Assembly (NCBI GenBank): GCA_964562925.1
Contig: CAZLVF010000004.1
Location: 1,955 to 65,954, forward strand
From: an uncultured Candidatus Bathyarchaeia archaeon
Lineage (GTDB): Archaea > Thermoproteota > Bathyarchaeia > 40CM-2-53-6 > CAVXDP01
Direction of reading: 5' to 3'
DNA length: 64,000 nucleotides
The translations under genes were made by a program, and so were the position numbers. A model generated the notes under the pieces. It made no database searches. It was not told the DNA's origin and saw nothing but the letters and a program-made list of their open reading frames with translations. Position 1 is the stretch's first letter. Every line of letters begins with the position of its first letter. Positions 19,336-29,234 of the stretch are shown one piece after another.

Positions 19336-19797
19336 TTGGGATTGGTCAACTGGGCTAGGCGTAAGAGCCCCTGGCTCGTCCATTTCAATACAGGGGGATG
19401 CAACGCCTGTGATATTGAGGTATTAGCCGCTCTGATGCCTCGTTACGATCTGGAACGGTTTGGTGCCATACTAAAGGGGAGCCCGAGGCACGCGGACGTT
19501 CTAGTTGTCACGGGACCGGTGAATATGCAGAACAGGGATAGAATAATCAGGATATACGAACAGATGCCTTCCCCAAAGTTTGTCGTCTCGGTCGGTAACT
19601 GCTGTAATAGCTCAGGAGTCTACAGAGGCGCCTACAACGTGTACCCTGGTCTAGATTCTGTAATCCCGGTCGACGCCTATGTCTATGGCTGCCCGCCGAA
19701 ACCTGAGGCGATAATCCACGGCGTCGCGGCACTGCTATCAAAGATAAAAGAAGCAGGGCAACCCCCTAAGGAAACGACTCAGGAGGTGACCGCGTAG
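19336..19797 (+). CDS. Group 4 [NiFe]-hydrogenase / complex I-like small subunit (NuoB/EchC type)
   Basis: GGCNACDIE, SPRHADVL, VGNC, GCPPKPE. Confidence 0.9.
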   Translation: MGLVNWARRKSPWLVHFNTGGCNACDIEVLAALMPRYDLERFGAILKGSPRHADVLVVTGPVNMQNRDRIIRIYEQMPSPKFVVSVGNCCNSSGVYRGAYNVYPGLDSVIPVDAYVYGCPPKPEAIIHGVAALLSKIKEAGQPPKETTQEVTA

Positions 19798-19798
19798 G

Positions 19799-20980
19799 AT
19801 GTCGTCAAGTTTTAGCATTATCGTTGGACCTCAGCACCCTGCACTAAAAGAACCGGAGAGCTTCAAGTTTACGGTTGACGGAGAGAATGTGGTGAAGGCC
19901 GAGGTTCGTATAGGATACGCGCACAAAGGCATCGAGAAGCTGGCTGAAACCAAGAACTACATTCAGAACATACCACTGATGGAGCGGATCTGCGGGATAT
20001 GCAATGTCGCTCACACAATCTGTTACTGCCAGAATGTCGAGTATCTTTATGAAAAGGAGATTCCACGGCGTGCAGAATACATCAGGGTCGTCATAGAAGA
20101 ACTTAACAGGATACACAGTCACCTCCTCTGGATAGGTGTCCTTGGACACGAGGTTGGCTTCGACACTCTCTTTATGTATCTTTGGAGAGACCGTGAAGTC
20201 GTCATGGATCTTATAGAGCTCCTGACGGGGAACAGAGTCTCGACCGCACTGATGACGATTGGAGGGGTCAGGCGAGACATCACCTCTGAGATAGCCCAGA
20301 AACTGAGGAAAGGAATGGATATTCTCGAGGAAAGAACAAGATACTACAAGAAGGTTGTGACAGATGAACGCTCATTACTGCAAAGAGCGGTGGGTGTGGG
20401 TAGGCTTACACCTGCCGAGGCGATAAAACATTCAGCCGTTGGACCGACTCTTAGAGCGTCAGGAATAAGATCTGACGTTAGAAGCGATGATCCGTACGCG
20501 GCTCATGATGAGATTCCATTCAACGTCATCACTCATGGTTCCTGCGACATGTTCGGAAGGGTCGTCGTCAGAGTCGACGAGACGATTGAAGCCATAAACC
20601 AGGTACGATACTGCCTCGACCAAATGCCCGACGGCCCGATCAGAACTCGGTTACCCAACACGCCGCCCAGAGGAGAATCGGTCAGCCGAGTGGAAGCTCC
20701 AAGGGGCGAAGATATCCACTACGTGAAGTCCAATGGCACGGACAAACCGGAAAGGTACAAGGTTCGGGCGCCCACCCTAGGAAATCTCTCAGCGCTTGTA
20801 GAGATGTTGACTTCAAAGGAGGACTACCAGGTGCACATCGCAGATATACCTGTCGTTCTGGCCGGCATAGACCCGTGCATGTGCTGCATGGATCGAACCG
20901 CTCGGTTTGTCGAACCTTCGAGAGAGAAAGAGTGGATCTGGACCTGGGAACAGCTCAAGAAGTACACTGAGAGGATGTGA
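19799..20980 (+). CDS. Group 4 [NiFe]-hydrogenase large subunit
   Basis: GPQHP, both Ni-binding CxxC motifs (ERICGIC and DPCMCC-MDR), EAPRGE, and a C-terminal extension after the Arg. Confidence 0.9.
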   Translation: MSSSFSIIVGPQHPALKEPESFKFTVDGENVVKAEVRIGYAHKGIEKLAETKNYIQNIPLMERICGICNVAHTICYCQNVEYLYEKEIPRRAEYIRVVIEELNRIHSHLLWIGVLGHEVGFDTLFMYLWRDREVVMDLIELLTGNRVSTALMTIGGVRRDITSEIAQKLRKGMDILEERTRYYKKVVTDERSLLQRAVGVGRLTPAEAIKHSAVGPTLRASGIRSDVRSDDPYAAHDEIPFNVITHGSCDMFGRVVVRVDETIEAINQVRYCLDQMPDGPIRTRLPNTPPRGESVSRVEAPRGEDIHYVKSNGTDKPERYKVRAPTLGNLSALVEMLTSKEDYQVHIADIPVVLAGIDPCMCCMDRTARFVEPSREKEWIWTWEQLKKYTERM

Positions 20981-21333
20981 AACCCATGTCCATGACTCCA
21001 GAGGTGTACAGGAACCTATTCAAGAAGAGAGCGACAATCCTCTATCCATTCAAGGAGAGAGAACTCGTCCCAGTTCCGAAAGGGCTTAGAGGTAAACTGG
21101 CCTTCAATCTTGAAAGATGCATAGGATGCAGCATGTGCTTCCGCTCATGCCCCTCAGAAACGGTTGAGATGATCGATGACGAGACAAAGAAACGCCCAAA
21201 GAGACCGATCTTCTACCTTGACCGATGCACATTTTGCGCACAATGCGAAGAGGTCTGCCCAACCCGCGCTATAGAGATGACCTTGAACTTCGAGCTTGCA
21301 GGCTTTGATAGAAAGCAGACCCTGCTTAAGTGA
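20977..21333 (+). CDS. 2x[4Fe-4S] subunit (NuoI/EchF type)
   Basis: TILYP..RGK, CIGCSMCFRSCP, CTFCAQCEEVCP. Confidence 0.9.
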   Translation: MKPMSMTPEVYRNLFKKRATILYPFKERELVPVPKGLRGKLAFNLERCIGCSMCFRSCPSETVEMIDDETKKRPKRPIFYLDRCTFCAQCEEVCPTRAIEMTLNFELAGFDRKQTLLK

Positions 21334-21372
21334 GGAAACGAGAGCAGAAAGAGCTCCGAACCAACGTACAGA

Positions 21373-22467
21373 CTAATCGGGAACAGTCACGGAGGAATGG
21401 GATATATACTTGGCCTCTCTCCCCTTCTTCCTAGACGAGATTTCCCTGACCAGAGATAGTCCATCCCCTGCAATAGGCTTTGCTTCTATAATGTTTTTCT
21501 CAACAGCGCTCCTAACCAGCCTCTCACCTTTCTCTGTCCGGACTAGTACCACGCACCAACCATCCGGAGCGCCGTCCGCACCTACCGATATGTCGGCCAG
21601 TTCTGATGTGAAGTCATCGCATTTACTGCACGCTTCAAGCAGGCATGGTTCGATCTCTTTGGTGGGGCTCTCGAGCACCACTCTTTCTCCTTGATAGACT
21701 CTGAGGCGGCCGTCCCTAGCCTGCAAACTCATCTTTGTGGTCGCCTGCAAATCAATATTCTTCCGAGCCTTCAAGTAGTCAATTACAAGTTTGTTGTGAT
21801 GATAACTGTTGTTGCAGAACAATCCGATCGCTAGTTCCACCCATTCTCCCAACTTACGAGGACCGAACGTTGAGGTGGAGACTCTCCTCAGCGCCTGAAT
21901 CTGGCAAGGCAAACCTACGAAGGCGAGTTTGGAATCTGGGTAGCCGAGCGCCGCGTCTTTCACCTTCGACAGCGAAGCGCTTGCACTACATTTTGTTCCA
22001 GCAGCAGCAAGCAGTTGTTCAAGACGCTTCATCTCTATCGGCACAGGTCTCCAAGGTTTCTCATCTGTTCTAGTGGTTCCGACAGCGTAGTCCACAAGGC
22101 CTGTGTCGATCGCGTGAGCTAGAAGTGATGTAACGACTCCGCCGTTCTGCGCAACCTTCAAGACCGCTTCGTCCTTTGACCGGGCGACGTGGGATTCCCG
22201 AATGATTCCGAGGTCCGTCTCCTCTTTCGATCTTGCACGCTTGAACATCCATGTCTCGATCCCGTCTCTCGGAAGCTCGACGCGTGGGCATGAATAGTAA
22301 CAGAGTTGACAGAGGACGCAGATGCCTTTGATGGTGGGTTTCTCATCTTCAGTTGGAAACAGAACGTTAACGGGACAGGCGGCTATGCAGGCTCCGCAGA
22401 ACATGCAGAGGTTACTCTGCACGACCTCCTTGACCAGAGTCCCGAATATCTTTAGTGGCTGGGACAA
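21373..22467 (-). CDS. FrhB/FpoF/FqoF-type F420-interacting flavoprotein with an N-terminal ferredoxin domain
   Basis: CMFCGACIAACP and CVLCQLCYYSCP, then AQNGGVVTSLL, VGLPCQI, IGLFC and CSKCDDFTSELADISVG. Confidence 0.88.
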   Translation of the reverse strand: MSQPLKIFGTLVKEVVQSNLCMFCGACIAACPVNVLFPTEDEKPTIKGICVLCQLCYYSCPRVELPRDGIETWMFKRARSKEETDLGIIRESHVARSKDEAVLKVAQNGGVVTSLLAHAIDTGLVDYAVGTTRTDEKPWRPVPIEMKRLEQLLAAAGTKCSASASLSKVKDAALGYPDSKLAFVGLPCQIQALRRVSTSTFGPRKLGEWVELAIGLFCNNSYHHNKLVIDYLKARKNIDLQATTKMSLQARDGRLRVYQGERVVLESPTKEIEPCLLEACSKCDDFTSELADISVGADGAPDGWCVVLVRTEKGERLVRSAVEKNIIEAKPIAGDGLSLVREISSRKKGREAKYISHSSVTVPD

Positions 22468-22564
22468 TTCATGTCATTCTCCGATCATTACGTGTAGCGT
22501 TCGCTTTTCTCCGTACGTGTTAGATTAAAACCTTTACGATATCTATTCGATCGCTATTCTGCTT

Positions 22565-24496
22565 CTACCTGAAGTATGGAATCACGTCTTTCGATATCAA
22601 GTAGATGGCATCCGCTTTGTTGGGGCCGATCGGTGACCCTACCACTATCTGCGTTACACCGGTCCTCAATATCTCGTCTATCTTGTTCACGATGTCGCTC
22701 GGCCTCCCACATATCGCGAACGAGTCAAGCATCTGGTCTGTTACGGCTTTGAAGGCGTCCCCGAACTTGCCTTTCTCCAAGAAGGCTAGGATTTGTGATG
22801 CGTTCTCCGCAGGGATATCATGCCTCTTTAGAACCTCGGCTGGGCTTCCAGCAACTATGAAAGCGACAACCTCCTTGGCTTTTTCTCTGGCTTTGATCTT
22901 GTCGTAATCAACGGATACGCTCGCGTAGGCTACAACGTCTATCTTGGACTTGTCCCTTCCACTCGCCTGAAGACCCTTGCTTATCTGCTCGGCGGCGAAC
23001 TTGAAGTCACGTGGGTGCGCCGCGTTTATCAATACGCCATCAGCTATCGTCCCGGCAAGTTCAAGAAGCTTGGGCCCTTGCGCGCCGATATAAACCGGTG
23101 GTGACCTTTTCGGCTTGTAGTTCAACCTCGCCCCTTTCAACGAGAAGACCTTCCCGTCGAACTTCACGGTCTCCCCACGCCAAAGCCGTTTTATGATCTC
23201 GACGCATTCCCTCATGGCCGCGAGAGGCTTCCCAGAGGCTATACCCAGAGATCTCAGGGTTGTCACGTCACCTGGGCCTAGGCCTAGTATCGCTCGGTTT
23301 TCTGAAAGTTCATCTAGTGTCGCAACGGCGGAGGCGGTCCATGCGGGGTTTATGTGAAACGGGTTTGTCACGCCAGTTCCTATTGTGATCGTCTTTGTAT
23401 TAAGCGCGATAGATGTGAGGAGTATGTAGATGTTCCGGTTGTTGTAGTGGTCTGTAACCCATACGTTGTCGAAGCCTCCATTCTCAGCTGCCTTTACCCA
23501 GTTGACTATCTTGTCAACAGCTTTGTCTGGAACGAACTCTATTCCAAACTTGGGTTTGGCTACTCCCTCTGGAAGACGTGCTCCCTTCTCTAAGAAAAGC
23601 GACTTCGAAATCTCGTAGGCTACGGCATGGTCGAACACGCCTTTCGTTAGGTCGATGGCACGCCTAAAAAGCTCGGCCTCGATCGTATTCTTAGATGCTC
23701 CTATAGCCAGGGCGCCTATCCCACGAACGCCAGGCGTGAACTCGATGCCATCGTCTGTCGGCTTTAGGCCCTCGACCCCTGTTGGCGGAACAGCATTCAC
23801 GTCTCCAACGACCTTGCATTTTGAACCGTAGCTTTTCAGTGTGTCCAATGATAGAAGCTGGACGCCAGCTGTCCCCGCCACGATGATAATATCAGAATCT
23901 TGAATCGCTTTCCCTATCTCGTCCTGTGTCTGACCTCTAGCACCTTGAACCAGAGTTGTCTTCAGTTCCTGGTTTATCTTATCGACTAATGCCCTGGCCT
24001 TCTCGAGGCTTCTCGAGGTTGCTGTTACAGGGATGCTTTCCGACGCAAGCAGGTAGGTTGCTATCTTTCCTACCGGCCCAGTGGCAGCCAGAACCGTTGC
24101 CTTCGCACCCTTCAAGCTTGGATTATGCTTGCGGTAGAGAGCGAGAACCCTTGCCACAACAGCTGAGCCAGTGGTTGATGCTCCCCTCGGATCGACTATG
24201 ATTCCCAACTCGAAAGGTGGGAACATCGCTTTTCTGGCTTCGCTGAGTATCTGGTCTGCTTTCTCGACATCATATCCACCGATGAAGATCTTTGTTTTCT
24301 TGGCGCCTTCCGATCCACGTGGAAACATCGCGTCTTGAACAATCTTTCTGGTATCGCTTGACTCCACATTACTATAGTAGACTATCTGAGCCTCTGGATA
24401 CAGATAGGAAGCCGTCAATAGATCAAAGGCACTCGCATGTTTATCGGTATCTAGGAAGATTATGGTATTTCTTAGAGAACCTGCCATCACAAACAC
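22565..24496 (-). CDS. Fusion of MtdA/MtdB-type NAD(P)-dependent methylene-H4MPT dehydrogenase (aa ~1-300) and F420-dependent methylene-H4MPT reductase Mer (aa ~316-643)
   Basis: N-terminal half: DTDKHASAFD, FPRG, IFIGG, PPF..VDPRGASTT, LAATGPVG, DVNAVPPTGVEG, GALAIG. C-terminal half: KFGIEFVP, WVTDHYNNR, GVTNPF, GLGPGD, YIGAQGPK, GVLIN, VVGSPIGP. One uninterrupted ORF. Confidence 0.88.
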   Translation of the reverse strand: MFVMAGSLRNTIIFLDTDKHASAFDLLTASYLYPEAQIVYYSNVESSDTRKIVQDAMFPRGSEGAKKTKIFIGGYDVEKADQILSEARKAMFPPFELGIIVDPRGASTTGSAVVARVLALYRKHNPSLKGAKATVLAATGPVGKIATYLLASESIPVTATSRSLEKARALVDKINQELKTTLVQGARGQTQDEIGKAIQDSDIIIVAGTAGVQLLSLDTLKSYGSKCKVVGDVNAVPPTGVEGLKPTDDGIEFTPGVRGIGALAIGASKNTIEAELFRRAIDLTKGVFDHAVAYEISKSLFLEKGARLPEGVAKPKFGIEFVPDKAVDKIVNWVKAAENGGFDNVWVTDHYNNRNIYILLTSIALNTKTITIGTGVTNPFHINPAWTASAVATLDELSENRAILGLGPGDVTTLRSLGIASGKPLAAMRECVEIIKRLWRGETVKFDGKVFSLKGARLNYKPKRSPPVYIGAQGPKLLELAGTIADGVLINAAHPRDFKFAAEQISKGLQASGRDKSKIDVVAYASVSVDYDKIKAREKAKEVVAFIVAGSPAEVLKRHDIPAENASQILAFLEKGKFGDAFKAVTDQMLDSFAICGRPSDIVNKIDEILRTGVTQIVVGSPIGPNKADAIYLISKDVIPYFR

Positions 24497-24662
24497 CTTG
24501 AGATATCGCTACGTGATCAGTACTCATTCAAGAAAAAGGTTTCGACAGGGCAGTGACATGCGATAAACTGATCATACGTAACCGGAATACAGCTGCGCTT
24601 TCTGCTTCAAGCTTCGTTAGCCACAAAACATTTTTGTGGTCTACTAGAGATCTAGTGATAGC

Positions 24663-25316
24663 TCAAGAGTGAGACCGCCTAAGGTGTTTGTCGAATATGT
24701 CGAGCTTCAATTTTCTTGCTCTATTGATGAAGCTTATTGGCCTCCCATAGGCCCACGTTCTGCCATTTCTGATGGCATTAACCACATCGTCTATAGATCG
24801 CGACTCGGCGTCGATAACTGTGTAGCCGTCTCCAATCGTCTCAGGCAGGTGTGAATCGCTCCCACCAATCACAGGCAGACTAGCGTGCCTTGCAAACCTT
24901 TCCGCCAACCATTTGGACAGTGAGAAGAACGGTGCAGACGCATTCACCGTCTCTACGGCATCCGCACTCTTCAGCAGCCTTAGCGGCGTGAGGCTTGACC
25001 TAACAAAATCGTATGGATGCGGTAAGACTGCCAACCCATCTTGACCGTGTATCTTCTCCACAGTCTCTTCAGCAGACAACCCTCTCTTCACAGGATCCTT
25101 CACATCCAATGCAAGTAGATGGCCGTGCCTTGTACTGATTTCTACTCCAGGAATAACTATGATCTCCTCGGACCGCATCCTTGAAAGCACATTGTGGTCG
25201 GTTACAGCCACGCCGTCAAGGCCCCTGCTCATGACAATCCAAGGGAGATCTTGAGGAACCGTGTAGCTGTCGCCTGAGCACGTTGTGTGCACGTGTAAGT
25301 CCAACTTCAGAAGCAT
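24663..25316 (-). CDS. PHP-domain phosphoesterase
   Basis: DLHVHT, VTDHN, GVEIST..GH, PHP, GGSDSH. Confidence 0.88.
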   Translation of the reverse strand: MLLKLDLHVHTTCSGDSYTVPQDLPWIVMSRGLDGVAVTDHNVLSRMRSEEIIVIPGVEISTRHGHLLALDVKDPVKRGLSAEETVEKIHGQDGLAVLPHPYDFVRSSLTPLRLLKSADAVETVNASAPFFSLSKWLAERFARHASLPVIGGSDSHLPETIGDGYTVIDAESRSIDDVVNAIRNGRTWAYGRPISFINRARKLKLDIFDKHLRRSHS

Positions 25317-25386
25317 CCAAGCTCCCCGTTTTCCAGTGTCTTCCGACGTTTACGAGCTCAATGTAAGAGAAAGATTATCGGTTTGC

Positions 25387-27054
25387 TTAGCGTAGCCTTT
25401 TCTGTATCTCGTCCGAGTCGACTTTCTTGAATATCGGCTCTGGTTTACCAATCTTATGTCCTGGATGAAGCAAGTGGATGCCTATCTTGTCCCAGACGCC
25501 AACAGCAGCTCTTTCCTCCAATCCCAGCTGGCTGAGAATCTTTCTCGAAGTATTCGGTATGAACGGCTCCAAGAGAAAAGCGAGCGCGTGAACTAGCTGA
25601 ACCGCAACATATAGAGTTGTATCCGCCCTCTTCTTGTGGGTCTTTATCAGATGCCACGGCTCACGCAAGCTCATGTATTGATTTCCATTTCTTGCCATCT
25701 CGACGATTAGGAGCAAAGCCTCTCGGAGAAGAAGTTTCTCGAAAAGCTCTCCCACGCGAGTCGGAGCCTGCTTGATTTCATCCATTAAGCGACTATCGGC
25801 ATCATCAAAACTATCCGGTTCTGGAACCTCACCATCGTACCTCGCGGCCAGAAACGTCAATGTACGATTGATGAAGTTCCCGATGGCATCGTTAAGCCCA
25901 GAGTTGACGAGACTTCCGAATTCGGGCCAAGTAAAATTCGCATCCTTGGATTCAGGTCTCATCGCCATCAGGACGAACCTCCAGTAATCGGGGTCTGCTA
26001 TCTCCAAAGCCTCGTCGACCCATATCCCGATTCTTCTACTCTTAGAGAATTTCTGGGACTCGAAGAGAATGAACTCTGTGGAAGAAACCTGCCAGGGAAG
26101 AACGTAATCGTCACTCGTCGCCATGAGCAACGCTGGAAAGATTATTGTGTGGAACGGAATGTTGTCTTTCCCTATGAAATGGACATTCCTCGTTGAACTG
26201 TCAAACCAGAAACTCTTCCAGTCGAGAGGTCTTCCGGCCTTCTCAGCCCATTCCACCACAGCCGAGACATATCCCAGTACCGCTTCTATCCAAACGTACA
26301 CCGTCTTATCCTCTGCACCCGGGAAAGGAGCGGGTATACCCCATTTGTTGTCTCGTGTGAGGGCTCTAGGTTTCAAACCTTCTTGAATCCATCTCATTGA
26401 AAAATTCCGAGCGTTACTCGGGAACTCTGTGCATGCATCCAGATATGCTTTGATCCGACTTTCCAGTTTTGGAAGATCAAAGAGCCAATGTTTAGAAGAC
26501 CTAGTCTCAGGCTCTGTCCCACATAGAACGCACCTTGCATTCTTCAACTCAAGGGGTTCCAGAACCCTGCCGCAACTTTCGCACTGGTCTCCTTTCGCGT
26601 TGTCGTAGCTGCAATAGGGACATTGGCCCTCCACAAACCTGTCTGGAAGAAAACGCTCACATTTCTTACAGTATGGCATGCTCGTTGTTTGTTGAAAGAT
26701 GTACCCATTCTCATAGATCTTCTTACAAATATCTTGGACAATCCTGATGTGAACGGGGTTTTCCGTTCTTGTATAGTTGGTTAGGTCAACTTCGTACTTC
26801 TCTAACAATTGGCATATGATCATGTGATACTTGTCTGTTAACTGCTTGGGAGCCACTCCAGCTCTTATGGCCTCAACCTCTACGGGGGTACCATGTTCAT
26901 CAGAGCCGCTTACTGAGACAAACTCGTCACCTTTGAGTTTTAGATATCTTGAGAAAACGTCAGCGGAGAGGAGCTGGATGAATGTTCCAAGATGAGGGAC
27001 AGTATTTACATAAGGCCAAGCGGAACATACGATCCACTTTCGCTTCGTCAGCAA
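25387..27054 (-). CDS. metG: Methionyl-tRNA synthetase
   Basis: AWPYVN..HLGT (HIGH), GSDEHGT, Zn-knuckle CxxC pairs, FIGKDNIPFH, KFSKS. Confidence 0.95.
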   Translation of the reverse strand: MLTKRKWIVCSAWPYVNTVPHLGTFIQLLSADVFSRYLKLKGDEFVSVSGSDEHGTPVEVEAIRAGVAPKQLTDKYHMIICQLLEKYEVDLTNYTRTENPVHIRIVQDICKKIYENGYIFQQTTSMPYCKKCERFLPDRFVEGQCPYCSYDNAKGDQCESCGRVLEPLELKNARCVLCGTEPETRSSKHWLFDLPKLESRIKAYLDACTEFPSNARNFSMRWIQEGLKPRALTRDNKWGIPAPFPGAEDKTVYVWIEAVLGYVSAVVEWAEKAGRPLDWKSFWFDSSTRNVHFIGKDNIPFHTIIFPALLMATSDDYVLPWQVSSTEFILFESQKFSKSRRIGIWVDEALEIADPDYWRFVLMAMRPESKDANFTWPEFGSLVNSGLNDAIGNFINRTLTFLAARYDGEVPEPDSFDDADSRLMDEIKQAPTRVGELFEKLLLREALLLIVEMARNGNQYMSLREPWHLIKTHKKRADTTLYVAVQLVHALAFLLEPFIPNTSRKILSQLGLEERAAVGVWDKIGIHLLHPGHKIGKPEPIFKKVDSDEIQKRLR

Positions 27055-27263
27055 ACATCAACCACTCTAAACGTGGCAGTGAGACTGATAGACTGGTGGC
27101 GTGTTCAAAAAGTTTCTGCAAATCTCTTGGAATACGCAGTAAGAAAGAGAATAGATTTCCAAAGGAACCAAACATGTTTAAGGTAGGTTTTGGACTGTCG
27201 TGGGTGTGAAGAACGCTTTTAACCAAGGCCGAGAGTTCATAGAGGAGAGTTGCAATCGACACT

Positions 27264-27674
27264 ATGAGCGAAGAGTACATCCGCCTGCTGGACCAAGCGC
27301 TCGAAAAGGTACCGCGGAAGATCTCGTCAGGTGAAAGATTCGAGATTCCCGCACCGGCCATGCGAACTACAGGCGGGCGGACGACCATATACAATTTCGG
27401 CGAGATCTGCCTTCGCCTCAACCGAGACGATCATCACGTTCTAAAGTTTCTTTCAAAGGAAATGGCTACCGCCGGAACCCTGAGCGGAGGCCGAGCAGTG
27501 TTCCAAGGCCGATTCAAAGAGTTATCTATTCGCCGACTCTTGGACATATACAGTCACAAGTACGTGATATGTCCAATCTGCGGCAGGCCGGATACGAAGG
27601 TTCAGAAGGAGGAACGTTTCCTATTCCTCGTCTGCGAGGCATGCGGCGCCAAGTCTTCCATCCTGCCGATGTAG
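27264..27674 (+). CDS. eif2b: Translation initiation factor aIF2 beta subunit
   Basis: ERFEIP, KFLSKEMAT, YVICPICGRPDT..CEACGA. Confidence 0.93.
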   Translation: MSEEYIRLLDQALEKVPRKISSGERFEIPAPAMRTTGGRTTIYNFGEICLRLNRDDHHVLKFLSKEMATAGTLSGGRAVFQGRFKELSIRRLLDIYSHKYVICPICGRPDTKVQKEERFLFLVCEACGAKSSILPM

Positions 27675-27689
27675 CTCGGAGGTAGGCAC

Positions 27690-27989
27690 GTGAAGAGCGT
27701 ATACCTCAAGGTATTTCGAGACAGAAAATGTGCCCTAGTCGCAGCATGCGACAGCGACCTCATAGGCAAGACATTTCGTGAAGGAAAACTGAAACTTGAA
27801 GTTGCTAGAGATTTCTATGCAGGTAAGCTTACCAGTCTGGATGAAACCCTCAGGCTCCTTGATAGCGCAGACATGGCAAATCTTGTAGGTCCATGTGTTG
27901 TAGACGCGGCTGTCAAGAAAGGTCTTGTAAATCCTGATGCCATCATCTCGGTGGATGGAGTTCCTCACGTACAGTTCATGAAACTGTAA
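27690..27989 (+). CDS. DUF424 family protein
   Basis: LVAACDSDLIGK..FY.G..ANLVG..DGVPHVQ. Confidence 0.8.
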   Translation: MKSVYLKVFRDRKCALVAACDSDLIGKTFREGKLKLEVARDFYAGKLTSLDETLRLLDSADMANLVGPCVVDAAVKKGLVNPDAIISVDGVPHVQFMKL

Positions 27990-28105
27990 GACACACCTAT
28001 CTTTCTAGACCTTATGGCATACGCAGATACTGCCAGAAAAACGTCAACTATTCTTAAAAGGATACTCTGTCGTATATTGCTGAAGTTTCGGATCGAGATC
28101 TATCA

Positions 28106-28414
28106 ATGGGAAAGAAGAAGGTTCTCAGTGAGGAATCGCTGAGAGAAATGGTAATGCCGGCTGAAGGACAATTATTCGGCGTCGTCTTTCAGATGCTGGG
28201 TTACGACAGACTATTGGTCAAATGTACCGACGGCCACGAAAGAGTCTGTCGAATAAGAGGGAAGATGAAGAGACGCGTCTGGATTAAGGTCGGTGACATC
28301 GTACTCGTTGCGCCTTGGGACTTCCAGTTCGAGAGCAGAGGAGATATTCTATGGAGATATACAGAGGGCCAGTCTATCATGCTCAAGAAACAAGGCTACC
28401 TGAATATCGCCTGA
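28106..28414 (+). CDS. eif1a: Translation initiation factor aIF1A
   Basis: RVCRIRGKMKRRVWIKVGDIVLVAPWDFQ. Confidence 0.95.
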   Translation: MGKKKVLSEESLREMVMPAEGQLFGVVFQMLGYDRLLVKCTDGHERVCRIRGKMKRRVWIKVGDIVLVAPWDFQFESRGDILWRYTEGQSIMLKKQGYLNIA

Positions 28415-28426
28415 GGAGAATAAGAG

Positions 28427-29224
28427 GTGGCGGTTCCCACAGAGAAGGAAGAGAGAAGGGTTAGACTAAGAGAGAGGCGCTACGTCGTTGAGCGTTTGAT
28501 GAGAGAAAAAAGAAGCGAAGAGATGGAAGTTCTTGAAGAAGTCTTTGACAAACCGACCTTAATGATCATTTATCGCATGCTCAATACAAGAAAGATATCG
28601 AAAGTCTGTGGGGTCGTCCGATCCGGAAAAGAGTCACGCATCTACTGGGCAAAGGACTATAAGAACAGAGATCTCGCACTTAAGGTATATCTCACAACCT
28701 CAGCCGAGTTCAGGAAGGGGATGTTGACCTACATAGAGGGCGACCCAAGATTCTTCAGGTTCAAGCGGGACACCCGTTCAATGGTTTACCTCTGGGCCCA
28801 AAAGGAGTTCAAGAACCTTCAATCAGCCTTCTCAGCTGCGGTGAGGGTGCCTAGACCCTGGAACCTTGATGGAAACGTTCTCGCAATGGAGTTTATTGGC
28901 GACGGAGGAGAGCCTGCGCCGCTACTGAAAGAGGCGAGACTCACCGATCCTGGAAGGATCTATAGACGAGTCTTGGGATTCGTGAACAAGCTCTACAGAA
29001 AGGCTAGATTGGTTCACAGCGACCTGAGCGAGTATAACATAATGGTGTGGAAAAAGGAGCCTGTTCTTTTCGACCTCTCACAGTCTGTGCCCTTGGAACA
29101 CCCTATGGCTGAACTATTCTTGAAGAGAGACCTCGTTAACATCAACATCTACTTCGCGGGCCATGGTGTCAATGTCATACCATTAGGAGAAGTATACGAA
29201 CGGGTGGTGGGCAAAACTGGCTGA
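28427..29224 (+). CDS. rio1: RIO1-family serine kinase/ATPase
   Basis: SGKES, WAQKEFKNL, LVHSDLSEYNI, FDLSQSV. Confidence 0.92.
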   Translation: MAVPTEKEERRVRLRERRYVVERLMREKRSEEMEVLEEVFDKPTLMIIYRMLNTRKISKVCGVVRSGKESRIYWAKDYKNRDLALKVYLTTSAEFRKGMLTYIEGDPRFFRFKRDTRSMVYLWAQKEFKNLQSAFSAAVRVPRPWNLDGNVLAMEFIGDGGEPAPLLKEARLTDPGRIYRRVLGFVNKLYRKARLVHSDLSEYNIMVWKKEPVLFDLSQSVPLEHPMAELFLKRDLVNINIYFAGHGVNVIPLGEVYERVVGKTG

Positions 29225-29234
29225 AGTCAGTACG

